A stretch of DNA of 64,000 nt from positions 168,643 through 232,642 of the forward strand of contig JAQGDQ010000365.1 of assembly GCA_030141605.1 (NCBI GenBank). The letters are read 5' to 3'. The notes below the pieces were generated by a model. That model saw nothing but the letters and a program-made list of their open reading frames with translations. It was not told the DNA's origin and ran no database searches. Shown here one piece after another: positions 54,059 to 63,165 of this stretch (its first letter is position 1; each line of letters starts with the position of its first letter). A program made the translations under genes and the position numbers. Source of the stretch: Tubiluchus corallicola (taxonomy: Eukaryota > Animalia > Priapulida).

Positions 54059-54739
54059 ATGAAAAAAGAAAATTATCATTTTAAAAATAGCCTTTGGAAA
54101 TTATCTCTTTTACTTCTTTCCATAGCCTTTCTTCACACTTGTTCTTCAGATGCAGAAGAACCAGACCCCTCCGTAGATCCCATAAATACTCTTGTAATAG
54201 GTGAAAGCACAATAGCATTACAAGATGCATTTCATGTGACATTTGAAGATGGAGAAGGAGGCATATATCTACTTGATAAAAACCTGACGTTGGACCCTAA
54301 TAACTACGAACAACCAGTTTCGGGCAGTGGCTCGTTGGCGGGCATTATGTTAGGAAAAAGTATTAGCCCAGGAGAGTATACGTTAAAATCAATTATGAGT
54401 GAAGATTATGAAATAGGAGAAAATCAATTTGCAATAATCTATTTCCATGAATTAACAGAGCAAGAAATAAAGGGAGTATTGATGGAAGATGAAGACATAA
54501 TACCCAAGAATAAGGTTTATCTTGTAAGTGATCCTACAACAAAACTGCTTATTGAAAAAGGAGATGAAGCAAATAACTATAAAATAACATATGCTGTTAA
54601 TTCCAATGAGCAAGGTACAGCTATAAACGCAGGAAACTTCACAACAGTATCAACATCTATAGCGTTTTCAGGTGCCGTGCTTAATTTTGCTCCATTTGCA
54701 AATGTACAGAAGCAAAGGAATAATCTATTTTATTATTAA
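54059..54739 (+). CDS. Hypothetical acidic surface lipoprotein, paralog of 52762-53913
   Basis: Signal ending LHTC, then SSDAEEPD; shares LLD, QPxSGxGS, GENQF/QENQF and YKITYAVNSNEQGTA; promoter TACATTTG at 53996-54003. Confidence 0.75.
   Translation: MKKENYHFKNSLWKLSLLLLSIAFLHTCSSDAEEPDPSVDPINTLVIGESTIALQDAFHVTFEDGEGGIYLLDKNLTLDPNNYEQPVSGSGSLAGIMLGKSISPGEYTLKSIMSEDYEIGENQFAIIYFHELTEQEIKGVLMEDEDIIPKNKVYLVSDPTTKLLIEKGDEANNYKITYAVNSNEQGTAINAGNFTTVSTSIAFSGAVLNFAPFANVQKQRNNLFYY
54578..54622 (+). repeat. 45-bp direct repeat, copy 2
   Basis: Identical to 53797-53841. Confidence 0.95.
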
Positions 54740-54773
54740 GCGTTTGTTGCATATAAAAAAATAATTTAGAATC

Positions 54774-54801
54774 AAAAAGGGGGGAGAAGGCTTCCCCTTT
54801 T
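54774..54801 (+). terminator. Probable intrinsic terminator, related to 53943-53985
   Basis: AAAAAGGGGGGAG-AAGG-CTTCCCCTTTT. Confidence 0.65.
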
Positions 54802-54816
54802 ATATTAAACAGAAAC

Positions 54817-56012
54817 ATGTGCATTGATTTTAAAAAGCTAGTATTTCAACGAAAAAACTTCAGCATAATATGGCTTAGTATAGCGTTTCTATTCCAATCG
54901 CAATTAGTTTTTTCGCAAGAAGTAAAACAAAAATTACTTATTGAAGACAAACAACTTCAAATAAGAATTACTGATGCAATTAACTTAATGTACAACTTTA
55001 AATTTGAAGAAGCAGAAGAAGAGTTTAGCTGGTTAGTGATAGAAAATAGAGAGCATCCGTTAGGATACTTTTATTTGGATTAAGCGTTTGGTGGCGCATA
55101 GCACTCAACCCCAATGAAGAAAAATATGATGACGCTTTTCTTCAATATATGGACATTTCCGTAAATAAAGCAGAGAAATTATATCGTGTTGACTCCACTA
55201 AAATAGAAGCGGCTTTTTTTTTAGCGGGAGCATATGCCTTTCAAGCACGATTATACGTAGAAAGGCGAAAATGGTTTAGAGCTGCTTATGTTGCAAGAAA
55301 GGCTTTAAGTTATTTAGAAGATTGTAGAGAAAAAAAATACTTAAGCCCTGAATTAATGTTTGGAGACGGGCTTTACAACTACTATACAGTGTGGTCTGCA
55401 GAAAACTACCCTTCTCTTAAACCTGTTTTAGCTTTTTTTAAAAAAGGAGATAAAGAATTAGGAATGAAGCTACTTGAAGAAGTAGCTTTCAATGCTTTTT
55501 ATACAAGAGTAGAAGCTCAATATTGGCTAATAAGTATTTGGGAAGATGAAGGACAATCACGAAAGAGCTTAGATTTGACAGAATATCTCCATCAAACTTT
55601 TCCTAACAACTCTTATTTTCATAGATACTATGCGCGATTGCTTTATCGCACGGGCTATGTTAACAAAACAATAAAAGTATGTGAAGAAATAATGGCTAAA
55701 ATAGATAGTGGAAAATTTGGTTATGGAGAAACGTGTGGCAGATATGCAGGTTATTTCCTTGGGCATATGTATGAAGTAAAAAAAGACACTGCAAGGGCTT
55801 TGAAAAACTACGAACATGCTATCTATTTTTCTGAGAAAGCAGGTGCCACAGACATGGGGTATTATTGGCACTCATTAATGGGAGCAGCAAAAATATGCAA
55901 GGAAAAAGGAAATAAAGCAAAAGCACGGGAGTATTTAAAAAAGCTAAAAAAATACACAAAAAGAAAAGAAAAATTGAACTCCAAATCCAGAGAGATGTTA
56001 AGGGAAATGTAG
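54817..56012 (+). CDS. Exported TPR-like protein (frameshift near 55077)
   Basis: ORFs 54817-55083 and 55149-56012 are joined by the frame GLSVWWRIALNPNEEKYDDAFLQY if one G is restored; helical TPR-like pattern. Confidence 0.75.
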
Positions 56013-56050
56013 TTAAATGAAAATGCTTTTTTAATATTAAAAAAACCAAT

Positions 56051-57285
56051 ATGAAAATATTACATGTGAATTTTTCTTATGATCATTCTGGGGCATCTGT
56101 TGCCATGCAAAGGCTTCATAAAAGATTGTGCCAAAAAAATATAGATTCTAAAATATTGGTGATGAAATCAAACACTAAAGATGACACTATATTTACTGAA
56201 AGCAAAATAAAGCAAATAATAGCAGAAGGCATAAGTAAAATATTGAGATATATTATTAATAAACAAAAACCACAAAACAAAGCATTTCACTCTTTAAATA
56301 TTTTCCCATTAAATGTGTATCAAAAAATCAATAATTTCAAAGCGGACATAGTACACCTGCACTGGATGGGAAATAATATGCTAACCATTAAGGAGTTCCA
56401 AAAAATCAATAAACCCATTGTGTGGACACTACATGACACATGGATGTTTTGTGGGGCAGAACACTATCCAAACTTAATCAATGATAATAGATATCAAGAA
56501 GGCTACAAAAGAGAAAATAGATTTGCAGGGGAGTTAGGTTTTGATGTCAATAAATTTTTATGGGATATAAAAAAGAAGTATTGGAAGAACATAAAGTTTA
56601 ATATAGTAACTCCCAGTACGTGGATGTTCAGATTAGCCAAAGAGAGCCAAATAGCCAAAGGCAATCACATAAGAGCAATACCCAATGGGCTTGATTTGAA
56701 TATATTTTACAACATAGATAAACAATACTGTCGCAAAAAACTAACTTTACCACAGAATAAAAAATTAATAGGCTTTGGAGCATTTAATGTGTTAGATAAA
56801 AGAAAAGGAGGGCATTTGCTTACAGAAACATTGGGCAAATATGCTGCTAATAACGACAACGTAGAGTTAGTGGTCTTTGGTAGAAAAAAAAATGAAAAAG
56901 AAGAAGGTTTTGGTATGAAGACCCATTATGTAGGATTTTTGAAAACAGATAAGGAGTTATCATATTTGTATAATGCAATAGATCTATTTATCAGCCCTTC
57001 ATTGCAGGATAACTTACCCAATGTGATAGTAGAGCCATTGTCTTGTGGTACTCCATGCGTAGCGTTTGATGTAGGCGGAATGTCAGATATGATAAAGCAT
57101 AAAAAAAATGGATATTTGGCAAAATATATGGATACTGATGACTTAGCCAATGGAATAAAATGGGTGTTGAAAAATGATAATTATAAGGCTTTGTGTGATA
57201 ATGCAAGAAAAACAGCGGAGAAAAATTTAACGTTAATGTAGTTGCAGAGAAATATATTGAGCTATATAAACAGATATTGACTTAA
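56051..57285 (+). CDS. GT4 family glycosyltransferase (frameshift near 57222)
   Basis: ADIVHLHW, WTLHD, IPNG, RKGG and DNLPNVIVEPLSCGTP. The shifted tail FNVNVVAEKYIELYKQILT ends at 57285. Confidence 0.9.
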
Positions 57286-57308
57286 ACTATTATGATTGAT
57301 TTTGAAGC

Positions 57309-58274
57309 ATGCAGGAAACATTAAACACCCCAATATTATTTCTAATTTTTAATAAAGAGGAAACGACAAAAAGTGTTTTTTCTGCTATTAGAAAAGCAAA
57401 ACCCACAAGGTTTTATATAGCTTCAGATGGTGCAAGGAAGAGCAAAGAAAATGAAAAAGATAAAGTAGACTCTATAAGAGATTATGTAGTGAACAATGTT
57501 GATTGGGATTGTAAAATAAAAACACTTTTTAGAGATGAAAATCAAGGATGTGCTAAGGCAGTGACCACTGCCATAAATTGGTTTTTTGAGCATGAAGAAA
57601 ATGGTATAATTTTAGAAGATGATATATTGCCTAATCCAAGTTTTTTTAATTTTTGTGATGTTTTATTGAATAAATATAAAGATGACGCAAACGTATGGCT
57701 AATATCAGGCTTTAATATATTGCAACAGTATCATGATGATATTTCAAGTTATTACTTTACTACAAATGTATTTATTTGGGGATGGGCGACCTGGAAAAGA
57801 GCATGGAAGTTTTATGATTTTCAAATGACATGTAGAAATGATAAAAAGAAACGGCAACAATATAAAAATTTTGTAAAAGACAGCGCAGATATAAACTATC
57901 ATTTGGAGCGCATAGCACATTTGCCAAAAAACATGAAAAATGTTACATTTTGGGCACTACAATGGCAATGGGCTTGTAGAATTAATGGAGGCCTGACCAT
58001 TATACCACATGTGAATTTAGTGGAAAACATTGGAATAGGAAATGTTGAAGCAACGCATACAGATCGAAAAAACAACCAATTAGGTATTAAAAGCCTTGAA
58101 ATGATGTTTCCGCTAAACCACCCATCATTTATAGAAGTAGAACACACACTATCCAAACGTTCATTTAAAGCATATTGCATTGCTATACAAAGTAGGTTTT
58201 TCTATTGGTTAGCAAAATGGCTACCTTTCAAAATATACCAAATTTTAAAACAGATAAGAAGAAAAAGTCTATAA
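57309..58274 (+). CDS. GT-A fold nucleotide-diphospho-sugar transferase
   Basis: PILFLIFN, IASDG, GIILEDD, WGWATWKRAW and NLVENIG. Confidence 0.85.
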   Translation: MQETLNTPILFLIFNKEETTKSVFSAIRKAKPTRFYIASDGARKSKENEKDKVDSIRDYVVNNVDWDCKIKTLFRDENQGCAKAVTTAINWFFEHEENGIILEDDILPNPSFFNFCDVLLNKYKDDANVWLISGFNILQQYHDDISSYYFTTNVFIWGWATWKRAWKFYDFQMTCRNDKKKRQQYKNFVKDSADINYHLERIAHLPKNMKNVTFWALQWQWACRINGGLTIIPHVNLVENIGIGNVEATHTDRKNNQLGIKSLEMMFPLNHPSFIEVEHTLSKRSFKAYCIAIQSRFFYWLAKWLPFKIYQILKQIRRKSL

Positions 58275-58289
58275 ACTCTACTTTTTCCT

Positions 58290-59645
58290 TTAATATCCTA
58301 TCCAAATAGCTATTGCCAAAAGAGCCACTCCTAATATTAAAAGCTTTAACATTAATGGCAATATAAAACGAAACCATTGATCAAATGGTACTTTTGCAAT
58401 ACCTAACATTCCCATTAATATTGGACTTGTTGGTATTATCATATTAGCAAAGCCGTCTCCAAATTGAAATGCCAATACCGCCACTTGTCTTGATACACCT
58501 GTTATATCTGCTATTGGAGACATTAAGGGCATAGTTATATATGCTTGCCCACTTCCAGATGGAATAAAAAAGTTAACAACACATTGTAAAATGTACATAC
58601 CTGCGGCTGAAAGCTCTCCGCCTGCTTCTTTAAGAGGAGTACCAAGAGCGTATATGATTGTGTGCAATACCTCTCCATCTTCTAATATTATAGCTATGGC
58701 TTTTGCAAACCCTATCAATAGTGCAGTTATTGTCAACTCTGTAGCTCCATTGGCAAATTCAACGGCTACTTTATTAGGTTTCATTTTTGCCATTATACCA
58801 ACTAAAATAGTTAAAGCAAGAAAAACAGCACTGAGCTCTTCTAAATACCATTTTTTGGCATATATACCCCAAATAATTACTCCAAGAGCTGTAATAAGAG
58901 CAATAGCAACAAAAACATGTAGTTTTGTTACTTGTGGAAAAGACATACTTTTAAAGGGCACATCTGTTGTTAAGTTTTTGGTATGGATTCTGCCCTTTTT
59001 AAAAGCATATTTATGCACATGATGCCATCCAACCAATAAAAGAGGAATAAAAATCAATATTCTGTACCACAATCCTGACAAGGGTTGGAGCCCTGCTATT
59101 TCTTGTGCAATGATTACTGTAAAAGGATTGATAGTAGCAGCCCCAAATCCTACTCCATATCCAACAATTAAAATTCCAAGTGCTGTTAAAGTGTTAAATC
59201 CTAATGCTGTGCATAGTGCTATTAGAATAGGAACAAAAGGCAAGTATTCTTCTCCCATGCCTAATGTAGACGATCCTGCGGCAAATACAAACATAGGCAT
59301 GAAAATTAATATTTGAGGCTTTTTGCCAAATTTTTCCAACATTTTTCCTAAAAAAGCATCTATCATCCCCGTAGAGCGTATTACTGCCAATGCTCCTCCA
59401 ATGATTAAAATAAAAAATATTATGCTTTGACTTTTTTCAAAAGCACGCGGTATAGATAGGAATATGTCATATACGCTCAAAAAACTCTTTTCTTTTACTT
59501 GATATGTATCAGGGATAATGGTATTGTGTTGATCTTGTGCTAATTCAAAGCTTCCACTAGGCAAAATATAGGTTGAAGCCCATGCTATGACAATAATGAA
59601 AAATAGTAATACTAAGGTGTTGGGTATTTTAAATTTTCTTCTCAT
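58290..59645 (-). CDS. YfcC/DcuC-like (ArcD-related) transporter
   Basis: NPFTVIIAQEIAG, FFIPSGSGQA and AFQFGDG. A -7 element TACTTTTG at 59686-59693 favours the ATG at 59645. Confidence 0.9.
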   Translation of the reverse strand: MRRKFKIPNTLVLLFFIIVIAWASTYILPSGSFELAQDQHNTIIPDTYQVKEKSFLSVYDIFLSIPRAFEKSQSIIFFILIIGGALAVIRSTGMIDAFLGKMLEKFGKKPQILIFMPMFVFAAGSSTLGMGEEYLPFVPILIALCTALGFNTLTALGILIVGYGVGFGAATINPFTVIIAQEIAGLQPLSGLWYRILIFIPLLLVGWHHVHKYAFKKGRIHTKNLTTDVPFKSMSFPQVTKLHVFVAIALITALGVIIWGIYAKKWYLEELSAVFLALTILVGIMAKMKPNKVAVEFANGATELTITALLIGFAKAIAIILEDGEVLHTIIYALGTPLKEAGGELSAAGMYILQCVVNFFIPSGSGQAYITMPLMSPIADITGVSRQVAVLAFQFGDGFANMIIPTSPILMGMLGIAKVPFDQWFRFILPLMLKLLILGVALLAIAIWIGY

Positions 59646-59788
59646 TTTTTGTAATGCGTTATTAAAAAATAAAGCTGAATTTTGACAAAAGTACAAAGAA
59701 ATGTTGTAGTTATAAAAAATCTCTTTGCTTTTTCCTATATATTTAATTACTTTTATGATGGAGCAAAAAAACGGTTACATAGAATGAC

Positions 59789-60157
59789 ATGAAAAAAACA
59801 ATAGTAATAGGAGCTTCAAATAATCCTGAGCGCTACTCATACAAAGCCTTTAATCTACTTATGGAGCACAATTATGATGTGGTGCCAGTAGGCACAAAAA
59901 AGGGAAATATTAACGGTGTAGAAATTAAAAACCTTTTAGAAAAACCTAAAGTAAACAATGTGCACACTGTTACATTATATGTCAATCCACAACGTCAAGT
60001 AGAGTGGTATGACTACATTTTGCAAGACCTAAAACCTAAACGTATTATTTTTAATCCCGGAACAGAAAATGAAGAACTCAAACAGAAAGCACGGCAGAAA
60101 GGAATAGAAACACTATATGCTTGCACGCTTGTATTATTAAACACTAAACAATTTTAA
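59789..60157 (+). CDS. CoA-binding protein (YccU-like)
   Basis: VIGASNNPERYS, TVTLYV, IIFNPGTEN and ACTLV. Confidence 0.9.
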   Translation: MKKTIVIGASNNPERYSYKAFNLLMEHNYDVVPVGTKKGNINGVEIKNLLEKPKVNNVHTVTLYVNPQRQVEWYDYILQDLKPKRIIFNPGTENEELKQKARQKGIETLYACTLVLLNTKQF

Positions 60158-60243
60158 TAAAAACATATCTATTAATTTGGGTGCTGATGCTAAATGCTTT
60201 ATCTTTAGCCTATTATTTAATTAAAACATTATAAATTATAATT

Positions 60244-61257
60244 ATGAAAAAAAATAGTCTACTTTTCGTCATCATCATCTTTGTGTGTTTGTATTCAATA
60301 AATATAAATGCCCAAACCCCATTGAAATACAAAAAAGATGGCACATTTAAAATAGCACAATTTACTGATATGCATTTTGCGCATGACTCTGAAAAATCTA
60401 AAATCACCATTGAAATGATGAATACAGTTTTTGAAAGAGAAAAGCCAGATATTGCTATTTTTACGGGAGATATTATTACTAAAGTAAAATCACCAGAAGA
60501 GGGATGGAAAGCATTGCAAGAGGTGTTGATTAAGTGGCAAATTCCATGGGCAATGACATTGGGCAACCATGAAAGCGATTATGAAATATCACGCAGAGAA
60601 GTATTAGAGCTATTAATTGGCGCGCCTCTCTCTTTAGTAGAGATGGGTCCAGAAGATGTTTATGGCTATGGAAATTATGTGTTGCCAATATATGATGATA
60701 GCGGAGACAAAGTGATCAACCTTATTTACTGCATGGACTCTAATGATAAGTCAGTAATAGGTGCTGTTGGCGGATATGGTTGGTTTGATGTTTCTCAAAT
60801 TGAGTGGTATATACAAAACAGTAATACATGGAAAGAAAATAATAATGGTCAAGCGATACCCTCATTTGCTTTTTTTCATATACCTTTTCCAGAGTATAAT
60901 CAAGCATGGGAAAAAGGAGATCACAAGCCTATTGGCAAAAAAAAGGAAAAAGTATGTGCTCCTGACATTAACACAGGAATGTATGCTGCAATGCTTCAAC
61001 AAGGGGATATAGTAGCCACTTTTGTGGGGCATGACCATGTTAATGATTATGTTTCTACACTTAATGGGCTTGGACTAATATATGGAAGGTGCTCGGGAAG
61101 TGGTGGAGGTGGTGCATATGGAAAACAAATGAATGGCGCAAGGATTATAGAACTGAACAAAGGAAAAGAAGGCTTTGACACTTGGATTCGCCTTAGAGAC
61201 GGTTCAGTAGAGCAAAAAATCTCTTTTCCTGTGCCAATAAGGAAAAAGAAGAAATAG
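60244..61257 (+). CDS. Exported calcineurin-like metallophosphoesterase (Dcr2-like)
   Basis: FKIAQFTDMH, TGD, GNHE, FFHIP and GHDH. Confidence 0.9.
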   Translation: MKKNSLLFVIIIFVCLYSININAQTPLKYKKDGTFKIAQFTDMHFAHDSEKSKITIEMMNTVFEREKPDIAIFTGDIITKVKSPEEGWKALQEVLIKWQIPWAMTLGNHESDYEISRREVLELLIGAPLSLVEMGPEDVYGYGNYVLPIYDDSGDKVINLIYCMDSNDKSVIGAVGGYGWFDVSQIEWYIQNSNTWKENNNGQAIPSFAFFHIPFPEYNQAWEKGDHKPIGKKKEKVCAPDINTGMYAAMLQQGDIVATFVGHDHVNDYVSTLNGLGLIYGRCSGSGGGGAYGKQMNGARIIELNKGKEGFDTWIRLRDGSVEQKISFPVPIRKKKK

Positions 61258-61269
61258 GTTATTGATATA

Positions 61270-61555
61270 ATGGATGATTACACTACCATAGGTGACGCTA
61301 TGAAAGATTTTTTCAAAAAAGCGTCATCTTGAAGAGAAATATAGCGAAACAAAACTCAAAGTTTCATGGAGTAAGATAATGGGTGAGCCTATTGCTCAAA
61401 GAACAACACGTATTTTTATAAAAGACAAAAAGCTATTTGTTAAAATCTCCTCTGCGCCACTAAAGCATGAACTTATTGCCATGAAAAGTAAAATGCTAGA
61501 GCTTATTCATAAGGAATTAGACGAAAAAATAGTTACAGATATTATTGTTCTTTAA
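61270..61555 (+). CDS. DUF721/DciA family protein (frameshift at the A6 run 61315-61320; absent from the ORF track)
   Basis: MDDYTTIGDAMKDFFKK joined to RHLEEKYSETKLKVSWSKIMGEPIAQRTTRIFIKDKKLFVKISSAPLKHEL...IVL-stop. Confidence 0.8.
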
Positions 61556-61968
61556 TAGAGGTCAGGATTGATAATATGTAATACATATCCTGTAACCGTA
61601 ACATCGTATCTCTTTAATGGATAGGTAGCAGGTCCCCCTGTTGGGTAGCCATTAAAATCAAATGTAGACTTGCAGTGTTTATCTATGAAGAACATCCTTG
61701 TTTCGTCAAGTTCTATTATTGCCCCACTCTCTCTTGGGTCAAAAGGACAAGCACGCTCAAAAGCCTTATATACTCCATTATCTTTATATATGATTATACC
61801 CTTATATCCAGCGTTAATATATTCGTAGCCGTGAAATGATAGGCTGGCAGAAATATTATGATATTCATTGACGTATACATTAGGTATTCGCTCAGGGTCA
61901 TCACTGCCATCGCAAGATAGCAAGCTAAGTGCGAGTATTTGAAAGATTATAGTTAGTATTCTAATCAT
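61552..61968 (-). CDS. Rieske-like lipoprotein
   Basis: Lipobox LLSC, then GYKGIIIY, AFERACP, HCKSTF and GPATYPLKRY; -7 element at 61992-61999. Confidence 0.65.
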   Translation of the reverse strand: MIRILTIIFQILALSLLSCDGSDDPERIPNVYVNEYHNISASLSFHGYEYINAGYKGIIIYKDNGVYKAFERACPFDPRESGAIIELDETRMFFIDKHCKSTFDFNGYPTGGPATYPLKRYDVTVTGYVLHIINPDLY

Positions 61969-62359
61969 ATTTAAGCCAATACACTTAATTACAAAAGTAT
62001 AAAATGTTCTCTTAAAAAAACAATGAAAACAGAATTTTACTCGTTTTAAGAATAGATTTACATAGCCTTTCATCTATATGAACTCAATACCACTGTTAGA
62101 AATAAAAGTGCTCCGTAACTATCATAATTTTGTGGCTACTTTATAGATTGGCTAAACAATTGATCTGTTTTTTCTCTTTTTGTGCCTCCTCATAGTGCCA
62201 TTTTATATTAATAAATAAAAGATTTTTCATCTCCTCTCTATACTTTTACAGCACAACTCTTTGTTGAGAACAAATCTTACTCTTTTTTTTAAATGAAAAT
62301 TTAAGATAATTTTACCGTACAATATATTAAATTTGTCGCTTAAAAACAGTTAATACATA

Positions 62360-63163
62360 ATGAAAGATAGTAGAAAAAAACAGCTTGAAGCATTTGAACG
62401 CTTATTAGATATTGTAGATGATTTGAGAGAAAAATGCCCTTGGGATAGAAAACAAACAATAGAAAGTTTAGCTCATCTTACCATAGAAGAGGTATATGAG
62501 TTGGTAGATGCTATTAATGATAAAAAGTCTGAAGAGATAAAAAAGGAATTAGGGGACTTGGCATTACACATACTCATGTATTCAAAAATCGCCTCTGAAA
62601 CAAATAAATTTGACATTGCCGATGTATTAAACAATATCTGTGAGAAATTGATTTATAGACATCCACATGTTTATAATAATACAGATGTGAAAACAGATAA
62701 GGATGTAAAGCAAAATTGGGAAAGATTAAAGTTGAAAGAGAAAAAAAATAAGTCCCTGTTTGATGGTCTACCTAAAGCATTGCCCGCCATGATAAAAGCG
62801 TATAGAATACAAGATAAGGCACGTAGTATTGGGTTTGATTGGGAAGAAAAGCAACAAGTATGGAATAAAGTATTGGAAGAAGTTGAAGAGTTAAAAAATG
62901 AATGGTTTGAAAGAAAAGAATTAAACCACAATGCCGTGACATCAGAATTTGGTGATGTTTTATTTGCGTTAATAAATTTTGCTCGATTTATTGACGTAAA
63001 CCCCGAAGAAGCATTAGAAAAAACTAATAAACGATTTATAAAAAGATTTCAATATATCGAAGAGAACATTCAAAAAGAGGGCAAACAACTTGCCTCTATG
63101 TCTTTAAATGAAATGAACGTGTATTGGGAAAAAGCAAAAAAAGAATCTAAAAACTTAGAATAA
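62360..63163 (+). CDS. mazG: Nucleoside triphosphate pyrophosphohydrolase
   Basis: CPWDRKQT, EEVYE, ELGDL, RHPHV and EFGDVLF. Confidence 0.96.
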   Translation: MKDSRKKQLEAFERLLDIVDDLREKCPWDRKQTIESLAHLTIEEVYELVDAINDKKSEEIKKELGDLALHILMYSKIASETNKFDIADVLNNICEKLIYRHPHVYNNTDVKTDKDVKQNWERLKLKEKKNKSLFDGLPKALPAMIKAYRIQDKARSIGFDWEEKQQVWNKVLEEVEELKNEWFERKELNHNAVTSEFGDVLFALINFARFIDVNPEEALEKTNKRFIKRFQYIEENIQKEGKQLASMSLNEMNVYWEKAKKESKNLE

Positions 63164-63165
63164 CA

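Noticed and set aside
53797-54622. 45-bp repeat as a CRISPR array or DGR template/variable repeat
   Set aside because: There are only two copies, both in-frame within genes, with no adenine-specific mismatches and no cas or reverse transcriptase gene.
60176-60212. GGGTGCTGA resembling the start of a TPP riboswitch
   Set aside because: The remaining conserved elements (CTGAGA, ACCTGA, AGCGTAGGGA) are absent.
62152-62193. 13-aa basic minus-strand ORF MRRHKKRKNRSIV
   Set aside because: It is too short, expected by chance in A-rich DNA, and has no supporting homology I can recognise.
62360-63163. mazG as part of a toxin-antitoxin or anti-phage system
   Set aside because: It is the housekeeping tandem-domain MazG next to lysA, with no mazEF or defence genes nearby.
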